A stretch of 64,000 nucleotides of DNA from Octopus sinensis (lineage: Eukaryota). Both the position numbers and the translations under genes were made by a program. Position 1 is the first letter of the stretch; each line of letters opens with the position of its first letter. Below the pieces are notes generated by a model that did not search any database, was not told the origin of the DNA, and saw nothing but the letters and a program-made list of their open reading frames with translations. Below are positions 1 through 10,345 of the stretch, in pieces. The stretch lies in NCBI RefSeq assembly GCF_006345805.1, contig NC_042997.1, positions 185,566,001 to 185,630,000 on the forward strand, written 5' to 3'.

Positions 1-19
1 TTTGTGCAGAATTCTAAAC

Positions 20-65
20 AAAACTATCCGACGAACGGGAACGTAAAACTCTAAGTAACAGTTTT
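20..65 (+). ncRNA. Degenerate type I hammerhead ribozyme motif
   Basis: AAAACTAT-CCGACGA-ACG(GGAA)CGT-AAAAC(TCTAA)GTA/ACAGTTTT. Stem I pairs 7/8, stem II is 3 bp with a GNRA loop. Core has U4>C and G12>A changes. (TA)n follows at ~89. Confidence 0.5.
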
Positions 66-88
66 TGTGATTTTTTGTTGCATTTTAA

Positions 89-90
89 TA

Positions 91-141
<51 letters not shown>
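89..141. repeat. (TA)n microsatellite
   Basis: Direct inspection. Confidence 0.95.
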
Positions 142-146
<5 letters not shown>

Positions 147-150
147 ATAT

Positions 151-368
151 GAGTGTGTGTGTGCCTGTGCCTTTGTATATGTGTTTGTCCTCCTATCGCT
201 GCTTGACGACCGGCGCTGTTGAGTTTGCTTCCTCGTAACTGACCCGTTCGTTAAAAGAGACCGACAGAACAAACACTATGCTTTGTTCGATTAAAACCCT
301 TCAAAGTGATGCTCCAGCATGGTCGCATCAAATGACTGAAACAAATAAAAGAATAAAAGAATAAAGAA
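151..368 (+). mobile_element. SINE group B, 3' half (degenerate)
   Basis: Ends in the shared tail GCTCCAGCATGG..CAAATGACTGAAACAAATAAAAGAATAAAAGA seen in the other group B copies. Confidence 0.8.
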
Positions 369-451
369 TATATGTGTACACGAGTGAGTGGAGAAACGAA
401 AGAAAATCGCACTCAATACATTTAGTAGATTAAGTTACATTTAGTAAATTA

Positions 452-535
452 AGTACCAGCTGCGTACTGGGGTCGATCTAATGGACTGGCCCCCTACCCC
501 AAAATTTCGGGCCTTATGCCTAGAGTAGAAAAGAA
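452..535 (+). mobile_element. SINE group A, 3' fragment
   Basis: TAAGTACCAGCTGCGTACTGGGGTCGAT..CAAAATTTCGGGCCTTATGCCTAGAGTAG; similar to the end of the 54895 copy. Confidence 0.65.
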
Positions 536-699
536 GTTAACATTTTTTATATAACCTTTTCATTCGACCCGATGCTACTGAAAGTTTTGTATACGCGTTG
601 CATGAACCTAGGTTGTCGGAGTCAGGCGGTTGGGTAGTCTACAGTTTAAGCTAGCAAGCGAATATGACGACAGCGTTCGTAGACTCCAACAAAGACCAG

Positions 700-2224
700 G
701 GATCTTTTCATTTCCAAGGCCTGTTTTTTCAGATTTTTCCTACTTAACCAAACAATTTGAAACTTCGTATACTGGTAGAATGTGTCAAAAGAAAACATAA
801 TTGTAAACCAGAATGAAAACGGAATTGTAATTTCAAAGTTTAACGTTGTTTAATAATTAGAATTTTAACCAATGGTATTCGGTCTTTCGGCTTCATATTA
901 TTTACTCCGTCTCAATAGACGTAAACGGCTATTTTGCTGACGTATTTAACATACGTGAAATGTAAACACCCGGTTACCGTATTCCTTCAGTTTCTATTCA
1001 CATTTTTTAAATATATTATTAACTAACTTATATATTAAATTTATATATTATATAACTAACTTAGTTTTTGTAAATTTTCGTATATTTTTTGTGATTTTTA
1101 TTCCTTACTTTATTCGTGTAACTTTTATTTCTGTAACTTTTTATCTTTGGCAATCTTTCGTATGTGTGTGTATGTATGTGTGTGTATATGTATGTATGGC
1201 CGATTCAGTGTTTACATTATTTCGAGTTAAAACGAAAGATTACTTTTGCTATGTAGAAAATAATGAGGTTGACTCAATGGAATAATGACAGTGATCGAAG
1301 ATATAGACAAAAATTATTTTGGTAATCTTTCGTTTTAACTCGAAATAATGTAAACACTGAATCGGCCATACATACATACACACACACACATACACACACA
1401 CATACATACACACACATACAGATACACACACACATACATACATATACACACACACACATGCATACATACATATACACATACACCGAGTAAAAATTTCAGT
1501 TATCTCTCTCTTTCACACATTACTCTCTCTGTCTCTTCACACACACTAACAGAAGTACTTCACTTACACAACATAATTTCTGTCTCCCACACCCTATCAA
1601 AAACACACACACGCACACAAAACACAGACCTACGCACAGCTGTCTACGTCACAAAATAGCTTTCTACGTCACACTAAGATAATGCAGTTAATTATTTCAA
1701 ATGAAAACAAACAATACGATTGGTTAAAATTTGCAGATTTAATCTACCCTTAAAGTTATAAAATACATTTTTCTCAAATAAACAAGTTGAAATTAGTGTT
1801 TTCTTTAGAGACACTCTACCAGTATACGAAGTTTCAAATTATGTGGATCTTTTCAATATCGTGGCCAGGACCCCAGATCTTTCTAGTTAACTAAATAATT
1901 TGAAACTTCGTGTACTCATAGAGTGGAACTAGTTTATTCGCCAGTTGGAACTAGTTTATTTGAGAAAAATCTATTTTATGACTTTAATCGTAGATTAAAA
2001 CTGCGAATTTTAACCAATGAGATTGCTTGTTTTCATATGTAAAACGTTACTGCGATCTGTTAGTGTGACGTTGAAAGCAGTTTTGACGTAGTCTGCTCTC
2101 TCTTTGTAAGTCTGTCTGCCTCCCCCTCTCTTACTATATTACATTTATCTTGCTTGAACTCATTGAAATAAAACGTCCTCCTTTTTTTCTGTCTGTCTGT
2201 CCTTTTCTCTCTCTCTCTCTCCCT

Positions 2225-2258
<34 letters not shown>

Positions 2259-2871
2259 CTGTATATATGTATGTTCATATATGTATGTAAATATTTATGA
2301 AATAAATAAACACACATATTCGTGCGGATGTATTAAATATCTAAAATGTGTGAGCCTTATATAATTAAACTGATGATATATATATATATATATACATACA
2401 CATATATATATATATATGTGTGTGTGTGTGCGTGCGTGTAATGTATGTATAATTATATATATGCGTGTGTGAGCGTGTGTGTGTGTGTGTGTGTGATGAA
2501 AGGCAAAATCGACCTCGGCGGAGATGCCACTTCTTAATAGCAAACGAAAGCGCTTTGTTTACATTTAAGTTGTTTAATACGTCACGAAATTGGTGGTCGA
2601 GACGGAGTAAATAAAATAAAGCCGAATGACGGAATATCATTGGTTAAAATTCTAATTATTAAACAACGTTAAACTTAGAAGTTACAATTCCGTTTTCATT
2701 CTGGTTTACAATTAAGTTTACTTTTGACACATTCTACCAGTATACGGAGTTTCAAATTGTTTGGTTCAGTAGGAAAAATTTGAAAAAACTGGCTTCAGAA
2801 TAGAAAAGATCCCAAATTATTTAGTTAACTAGAAAAATCTGACAAAACAGGCCTTGGAAATAAAAAGATCC
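700..2871. mobile_element. Composite MITE-like / foldback region with long inverted arms
   Basis: 700-968 is the imperfect reverse complement of 2556-2871 (GGATCTTTT..CCAAGGCCTG..TTTGAAACTTCGTATACTGGTAGAATGTGTCAAAAG). An internal related inverted pair lies at ~1640-1850 / ~1872-2095. No transposase. Confidence 0.7.
1191..1374. repeat. Perfect 53-bp inverted repeat with 78-bp spacer
   Basis: 1191-1243 is the exact reverse complement of 1322-1374; both arms run outward into TATG/CATA microsatellite. Confidence 0.9.
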
Positions 2872-2954
2872 AAGACCAGTTGCTGCACGAACATATGTCA
2901 CTCAGCTTCAGCGACATAGTTCGTTGACTGCTACAGTCTACTTTCATTATTAAA

Positions 2955-3098
2955 ATACTTCGCTTGGCTGGGAAAAATGCTTAGCGGCTTTTCGTCTGTC
3001 TTTACATTCTGATTTCAAATTCCGCTGAGGTCGACTTTGCCTTTCATCTTTTAAGGGGCGGGGTGATAAAATAAGTACCAGTTGAGCACTGCAGTCAA
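2955..3098 (+). mobile_element. SINE group A, partial
   Basis: AAATGCTTAGCGG..TTCGTCTG..TTCAAATTCCGCTGAGGTCGACTTTGCCTTTCATC..TAAGTACCAGTT. Confidence 0.8.
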
Positions 3099-3319
3099 TG
3101 CCAAGCGATGATGACGGGACAAACACAGACAAAAAGATGCCCACACCCAGGAATATGACGGGCTTCTTTCTGTTTTCGTTTACTAAATCCACTAACAAAG
3201 CTTTGATCGGACCAAGGATATAGTAGAAGACAGTAATGCAAGGTTGCACACAGTGGGACTGAACCCAGAACCATGTTGGTTGGGAAGCAAGCTTTTTACC
3301 ACACAACCACACCCACTCC
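3099..3319 (-). mobile_element. SINE group B (tRNA-like head plus core)
   Basis: Reverse complement reads AGGAGTGGGTGTGGTTGTGTGGTAAAAAGCTTGCTTCCCAACC..GGTTCTGGGTTCAGTCCCACTG. Confidence 0.85.
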
Positions 3320-3344
3320 TAATAAATAGATTGTTAGATTGACA

Positions 3345-3383
3345 GAGAGATAGATAGATTCATTGACAGTTAGATAGATAGAT

Positions 3384-3416
<33 letters not shown>

Positions 3417-3429
3417 TATATAGATAGAC

Positions 3430-3525
<96 letters not shown>
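3345..3525. repeat. (GATA)n/(GACA)n microsatellite
   Basis: Direct inspection. Confidence 0.95.
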
Positions 3526-3527
<2 letters not shown>

Positions 3528-4088
3528 ACACATAGCGCCTGACTGACAAATAAAAAATAATAGTTGGACGTCATGCTGGTGAACATGTTTTAATCGGTTT
3601 TAATCACCAACCTCCAAGATGATACATTCATCTGTAAGTGGAGAAGTGGGTAGGCTACTGTTTAGTTAAGTACATAAATTATCGTGTGGGGTCGTTAACT
3701 TTGATAGGAGTAGGGGTGCGATAATAAGACCTTTCATTTGAGAGGGCGGGAAGTATCATAAACACTTCACGGTTTGATGTTTCAACGAGACAGATATGTG
3801 ATATAGTGGACTTGAGGAACTGGTCAAATTTAGCATGCCCTCACCACATGCCTCCTAGTTTCAACTGACGCTGGCCCCCACCTCCACATGCATGTGTGTG
3901 TATAAAGTATAAACTTCATCGCATATTACGTGAGTGAGTGTATGTGTTCATGTGTGTGTTTGTATGTACTCATATATGTGTATATATATTATATATATAC
4001 ATTATATATATGCATATATATACACACATGTATTGTTGTACTTCGAGATGGTCATTTTATTTATTTTATTTTTTGTCAAATAAACACA

Positions 4089-4124
<36 letters not shown>

Positions 4125-4485
4125 TGTGCATATGTTGATATATATATATATATCAACATATGCACACGCATATATATGTATATATATATAAATACATAAA
4201 TATATATATATATATATTATACACTCATTTACAAACATTTATACGCACACACACATACATAGATACATATGCATACATGCATACATATATACATACATAT
4301 ATACATTCGTACATACACAGAGAGATGGATGCATACTTAAGCATGTGTGCGAGTATGATGTGTGAAACAGAAAAAAAAGAAAAAAAGAAATAGATTTCCA
4401 TCCCTCATCAGCCCTTGGTGGTTATCAACACCACACTTTACAAGAAGAGATGTATAAAAACAAATGTAAAATCGAATAACAATAC

Positions 4486-4632
4486 TGATGATGATAATGA
4501 TGATGATGACGATGATGATGATGATGATGGTGGTGGTGATGGTGGTGGTGGTGCTGGTGCTGGTGGTGGCGGTGGTGATGATGGTGGTGGTGGTGATGAT
4601 GGTGATGATGATGATGGTGGCGGTGGTGGTGG

Positions 4633-4685
<53 letters not shown>

Positions 4686-4740
4686 ATAATGATGATGATG
4701 GTGATGATGATGGTGGTGGTGGTGGTGGTGGTGGTGGTGG

Positions 4741-4780
<40 letters not shown>

Positions 4781-4860
4781 AACAACGACGACGACAGCGA
4801 CAGCGACAACGACAACCCACGATAAATATGATGATGATGATGATGATGACGATGATGACG
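4486..4860. repeat. Compound (GAT)n/(GGT)n/(GAC)n trinucleotide tract
   Basis: Direct inspection; source of the poly-D/G/H/M/I ORFs. Confidence 0.95.
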
Positions 4861-5378
4861 AAGACAACGAACGATTGTCAACCCCTGCCACCACCCCCCA
4901 CCAATTCCATCCCGTCTCCTTTTCATTCATTCATTCATTCATTCATTCATTCATTTGTCTCTCTACTTGGATTACACCGAAGTGTGAAGTACTATTCCTG
5001 TGATCAAAAGCGTGGTGAGATATTAGTGCTTTACTAAACCCGACACTCTCCAGATTTGAAGTAAACAATTTGAGACAACTCTCACTCATTTTTCACCCCC
5101 TTATCATTCCACCCTTGCTGTTATTGTTATCTTTTATATTTGCTTTTATTATTGTTGTTTGTGGCGATGTTTACCGAGTGTATTTTTGTTTGTTTTTTTT
5201 TTTTTTTTGTCAAAGTTCTATAAATCTTTTTCAACAACACGATAGCTCACCTCCTACCTAAAGTCAAATTTTAGCGCCTTACTAAGCCAAGCATGACCGG
5301 TACTTGTGTGCGCGCGTACACACAGACACACACCACACACACTCTCAGACACAGACACACAACACCCACATATATCTC

Positions 5379-5762
5379 TCTATATATATAAACGGCAGTT
5401 TGTCTGTGCGTGTTTCTGTGTGTCTGTTTTCTCGTACCCTCACCCTGACCACGGCTTTCAACCGATTCTGATGAAACTTGACACACACATAGCCCAATGT
5501 CATAATTCAAAACTAACGCAGCCAAAATTTTGAAAAGTTTCCCCAGTTCTGAAAAAAATCGATAAATTCGACATGGGGTCGAGAATCAGAAACACGAACC
5601 ACAAACTGTCTAGGGGACGCAACTCCATCCTTTTTTAACTCTCAAAAAAAAATTTACCATCATTTTTTTCCATTTTTTTGCTATTTTTTGGTTATAACTC
5701 TCTAAAAATGCTTTATAGTTATTTCCCTTACAAACCCGAGCAACGCCGGGCGATACTGCTAG
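5379..5762 (+). mobile_element. Non-autonomous Helitron-like element
   Basis: 5' TC-TATATATA; 3' hairpin CCCGAGCAACGCCGGG then CTAG followed by T; homologous to the 20247 and 33717 copies. Confidence 0.8.
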
Positions 5763-5947
5763 TACCTACATACGCACACGAACATAAACACCGCCGACAT
5801 ATATACACACGCACACCTGTGCGTGTGTGCTTGTGTACAAGACCATGAATACAAACTCTTTCTACTAAATCGAGAGAATTAATTCCGTGAGGGTGTGCGA
5901 GCTTTTACTGGGACACCAACACAATGTGTTTCAACTCAATTTTGTAA

Positions 5948-6730
5948 CAGTGGTCCCGGTGCGCGCACTCGCGTACTCGCGCATCCGCGCTAGCTAGTCA
6001 TGACTAGTCGATCCTTACTTTGTGTTTTTGTGTGTTATTTACTTTTACTTTACTTTTTACTTTTACTTTTACTTGTTTCAGTCATTTGACTGCGGCCATG
6101 CTGGAGCACCGCCTTTAGTCGAGCAAATCTACCCCGGGACTTATTCTTTGTAAGCCCAGTACTTATTCTATCGGTCTCTTTCTGCCGAACCGCTAAGTGA
6201 CGGGGACGTAAGCACACCAGCATCGGTTGTCAAGCGATGTTGGGGGGGACAAACACAGACACACAAACACACACACACATACATATATATATACATATAT
6301 ACGACATGCTTCTTTCAGTTTCCGTCTACCAAATCCACTCACAAGGCATTGGTCGGCCCGGGGCTATAGCAGAAAACACTTGCCCAAGATGCCACGCAGT
6401 GGGACTGAACCAGGAACCATATGGTTGGTTAGTAAGCTACTTATCACACAGCCACTCCTGCGCCATTTACTTTGTTTAAAAAATTATTTACTTTGTGTTT
6501 TTGTGCTTTATTTACGTTAAATCCTCAAAATCCTTAAAAACGTTTCAGCCCGAAGGCTGCGGCCATGCTGGGGCACCACCGCTTTGTTTAACAAAAAATA
6601 TTTACTTTGCGTAAAAAAATTATTTATTTTGTGTTTTATTTACTTTGCTAGGTAGTCGTTGTATGATCGACTAGTTAGGACTGGCTAGCGCGGACGCGTG
6701 ACTACGCGAGTGCGCGCACCGGGACCACTG
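5948..6730. mobile_element. MITE with CAGTGGTCCCGG TIRs (hAT-like ends), carrying a SINE insertion
   Basis: CAGTGGTCCCGGTGCGCGCACTCGCGTA.. at 5948 is inverted at ..TACGCGAGTGCGCGCACCGGGACCACTG ending 6730; imperfect arms ~65 bp. An 8-bp TSD is not evident. Confidence 0.7.
6050..6464 (-). mobile_element. SINE group B, full length
   Basis: Head GGCGCAGGAGTGGCTGTGTG..GGTTCAGTCCCACTGCGTGGC, core TTGGGCAAGTGTTTTCTGCTATAGC, internal (TA/TG)n, tail GACTGAAACAAGTAAAAG. Confidence 0.9.
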
Positions 6731-6834
6731 TTCTCAAGTAGTACCTTGTAATTAATGGTACCACTAAAAAAAAATTAATTTTGAAAATAATTATGAAGTT
6801 CGTAAAGCAATTTTGTTAAATTAACATGCGTGGT

Positions 6835-6950
6835 GAGGCGTAGGAGTGGCTGTATGGTAAGTCACATTGTTCTGGGTTCAGTTCCACTGCGTGGTAGGCT
6901 GTGTGGTTAGTAGCTTGCTTACGAACCACATGGTACCGGGTTCAGTCCCA
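6835..6950 (+). mobile_element. Two tandem group B SINE heads
   Basis: GGCGTAGGAGTGGCTGTATGGTAAG..GGGTTCAGTTCCACTGCGTGG followed by a second GCTGTGTGGTTAGTAGCTTGCTTACGAACCACATGG..GGGTTCAGTCCCA. Confidence 0.75.
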
Positions 6951-7473
6951 TATCACGCATACAACTAACACATAACTACGCATATATAGATCAGTGATGG
7001 TTTGTATTTGAAAACATTACACTTTAGAAAGTAATATATTTGTAACTTTCATTGCAATCTAAAGCTTTTTTTAAATTTACACTCCCGTGTTCTACAGAGC
7101 TGATTAATCAAACAGCTTCGGAAGAGAGACAGAGAGTCCATATGGAAGCAAAAACAAACAACAACAAAAGAAGAACGGATGAAAAGAAAAAGAAAAAAAT
7201 GTTACCGATATGTGATTGGTTGCTTTATATATTTAGCTATTCAACTGTGTCATACGTAATATATTCATCTGTGCTCATGAAAAAATATTTTAATATCTTT
7301 AGTATCATATATTGAAAGTACCATATATTGCAGAAAATAAGGAAGATGAATGTTATGCCCATGAAGAACTAAATGTTTTTGCTTTGATTCATCTTTTAAT
7401 ATGTGACCGTCTTTTCAGGTATGACAGAAATTATCATTTGGAATGTATACTATTTTATCCAATAGATATTTGG

Positions 7474-7615
7474 CAACGAACCACATGGTTCCGGGTTCAG
7501 TCCCACTGCATGGCACCTTGGGTAAGTGTCTTCTACTATAGCTTCGGACCGACCAAAGCCTTGTGAATGGATTTGGTAGACGGAAACTGAAAGAAACCCG
7601 TCGTATATATGTATA

Positions 7616-7683
<68 letters not shown>

Positions 7684-7896
7684 GTGTGTGTGTATGTTTG
7701 TGTGTCCCCCTCCCCAATATCGCTTGACAACCAATGCTGGTGTGTTCACGTCCCCGAAACGTAGCGGTTCGGCAAAAGAGAACCGATAGAATAAGTACTA
7801 GGCTTACAAAGAATAGGTCCTGGGGTCGATTTGCTCGACTAAAGGCGCTGCTCCAACATGTCCACAGTCAAATGACTGAAACAAGTAAAAGAGTAA
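7474..7896 (+). mobile_element. SINE group B, near full length
   Basis: AACCACATGGTTCCGGGTTCAGTCCCACTGC..GACTGAAACAAGTAAAAGAGTAA. Confidence 0.9.
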
Positions 7897-8738
7897 CTCT
7901 CCAATAAACATGAAGAAAATTGCTAGAAAAATTCACCTATTTTGGCGCAAAATTGAAAAATATTGTAACAAGATGTTCTGCTTTTTTTTTCTTTTGTTAT
8001 TGGCTTTTTTTCCGCGAAACAAAGATCAGACTTTCCGGCGTAATTATTGTAGAAGGTTTGTGATCAGTTGCAATATGTATGAACAAGTACATTTCTTATG
8101 ATTTCCAAAGACTATACGGCTATCCTGAGTTTGTGGCTACTTCTGGATGAAGAGTTTTATCATACTGGTGGAACAGGGTAGGGAACCCAGTTGTTACAAG
8201 TGTGTCATAAGAAGATCTAGAAACACAGGAGGACTTTTCTGTTCAGAAGAGTTAAGAAAACAACAAGTGAAGAAAAAAGGAACAAAGAATAGCAGTAAGT
8301 ATAAAAAAGTTAGTTCATAAAGCGCTGCGGTTCGCAACATCGAGACCAAATGCCGATGACTAAAGCACAGAAGGGGTGACCAATAACGGAAAACAAGGCT
8401 GGAGAAGAAATGCCTGTCGCAAAGTGTGTTTTGTAAAAGATGGAAGTCTATAGCAAGTATGTTGCGAGTGAAAGAACCTGTTTAAACGAGAATATAAAAA
8501 GGAGAAAGCAAAGTCTTCAGTGTGAGTATGTGGTTTATGGGGTCGATCGCGTCCTCCGCTTCATTTTTTGTAAATCACTCATTCTCATTTAACTGTATAT
8601 ATTTTATAGAAATATTAAATTTCTAAATATCTCAGAGAGATATAAGCAGTGGTGGAACGATAGAGCAGTTGTATACCGTCAACTTAACGTGACAGTCCCA
8701 TATTTCTATTTTTGGTGATCAGTGAATTTACTTCACTG

Positions 8739-8770
<32 letters not shown>

Positions 8771-8774
<4 letters not shown>

Positions 8775-9232
8775 CGTATATTTGCCATTTGAATATGGCT
8801 AACCCCTAAAGGTTGGATGCTACTGTAGTTTGTAGTCCCAGGAGGACACCTCCTCCAGCTGGCTATAGACACACTTTCTGTGCCCTATCAGTATTTGCAA
8901 AGGGAAGCCATCCTTTCCGTCTTCAACTTATGATACACACGGACTGATATTGAAAAAGTGTAATCGATACTGGAAAAAGTATATGTATTTGTGAAGGCAA
9001 CCTATTTCTCATCGACAACTATGATTGTCACACGCCGATGACGGGTCAATACCCTGAAACTCGAGTCCGTGTGTATCATAAGTTGTAGACGGGAAGGATG
9101 GCTTCCCTTTGCAAATACTGATAGGGCACAGAAAATGTGTCTATAGCCAGCTGGAGGAGGTGTCCTCCTGGGGCTACAAACTACAGTAGCATCCAACCCT
9201 TAGGGGTTAGCCATATTCAAATGGCAAATATA
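8771..9232 (+). mobile_element. Hammerhead-bearing foldback element (family HH-A), between (TA)n tracts
   Basis: 8777-8945 and 9064-9232 are ~169-bp inverted arms with a few differences; homologous to 51775-52130. Confidence 0.8.
9029..9073 (+). ncRNA. Type I hammerhead ribozyme motif (core U4>C, probably inactive copy)
   Basis: CACACG-CCGATGA-CGGGT(CAAT)ACCCT-GAAAC(TCGA)GTC/CGTGTG. Stem I is 6 bp; stem III is the palindrome ACTCGAGT. Confidence 0.75.
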
Positions 9233-9291
9233 TATATATATATATGTTTACAAAGTCTAGACAGGTATCTTCAGCTAGCAGGCCATGCTAC

Positions 9292-9332
9292 TCCAGACTG
9301 ATGACGAGCAAAGACTCAGAAACTAGTCTGGA
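9292..9332 (+). ncRNA. Degenerate type I hammerhead motif (family HH-B)
   Basis: TCCAGA-CTGATGA-C-GAG(CAAAGA)CTC-A-GAAACTAGTC-TGGA. Stem III is the palindrome ACTAGT. About 2 nt are missing at the cleavage site/stem I junction. Confidence 0.55.
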
Positions 9333-10138
9333 TGCAGGCTTAGCTGGATGGGGGTGCTTGTCTCCCCTTTGTAAACATAAGGACACAGGAAATGTGTCAA
9401 GGCCGACAGGAAGCGTTGATGCTTCCTAGGGCTAAATAGCAGTGGTGTGATTCCCTTTATGGGACTGTCACGTTAAGTTGACAGTATACAACTGCTCTGT
9501 ATATATTTTAATTGTTTGTTTATTCATACGTTTCGTCTCATTCGATACCCTGACCCTAATGTTTGTTTTGTCTGTCCTCGTATCGTCCCCTAGTTTTCTC
9601 AACCTCATGGTTAATAAAGAAATTGACTAAAGCACTGAAGTCTTCTTCCCTTTGTAAGAGTCGGAAAGAAATGGATGATGTACAGAAGTCGTAAATGAGC
9701 AACTGCAGTGTGATAAAAAGAAGAAAACACGAAAAGAAAGAAGTAAAGCCTAACCAAAGCAAAGACACTAAAAAAGTGGACCATCCCTTCTGAGAATGCA
9801 TGGAATTCACGTGTCTCTTCCAACAATTATGAAGGACCAATCTTATTGTGTGAAAAATCAGAAAGAAGAAAGGAAAATATGTTGATTGAGGGAGTGATTG
9901 ACAATAACCTCAGAGAATAATCTTTTGATAGGTTCTACTTCCGCTTGATGGTTTATTTATCTGTCAGTTTGAGCAGGTAAGATTACTGTCATGTGCCGTG
10001 TTTGGTAATAGGTTTAGCTACTTCTTATCCTTCTATTACGTCGATTATGATGGGATATGATCAGAGATGATGATGATGATGATGATGATGATGTAGATGA
10101 TTCTGACCAGTCAGCAGCCTTGCCAAATAAAAAGTCGC

Positions 10139-10235
10139 AGTCTGAATACTTCGGAGGTCGACTTAGCCTTTCATCTTCCTAAGATCGACAAAATAAATAC
10201 CAGTTGAACACTGAGGTCGATGCAGTCAATCTACT
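10139..10235 (+). mobile_element. SINE group A fragment
   Basis: GAGGTCGACTTAGCCTTTCATC..AATACCAGTTGAACACTGAGGTCGATG. Confidence 0.7.
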
Positions 10236-10272
10236 CATTACAAAATAGCATCATCATCATCATCATCATCGG

Positions 10273-10307
<35 letters not shown>

Positions 10308-10345
10308 TTGTTGTTGTTGTTGCTTTATTATCATTATTATGGTTA

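Larger units (their letters stand above)
8662..9498. mobile_element. Outer element bounded by 41-bp inverted repeats, enclosing two hammerhead-bearing modules
   Basis: 8662-8702 vs 9458-9498 are reverse complements with 1 mismatch. Confidence 0.7.

Noticed and set aside
4390-4420. Minus-strand CTGATGAGGGATGGAAA
   Set aside because: No stem II or stem I can form around the motif
4337-5037. Long ORFs rich in D/G/H/M/I
   Set aside because: They are translations of trinucleotide microsatellites and are open in several frames on both strands
5466-5480. CTGATGAAAC (also at ~20612, minus strand)
   Set aside because: Part of the Helitron-like element; no stem II between the boxes
9556-9960. Lys/Glu-rich stretch with RRKENMLIEGV resembling LINE ORF1
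   Set aside because: Stops in all frames; resemblance too weak to call
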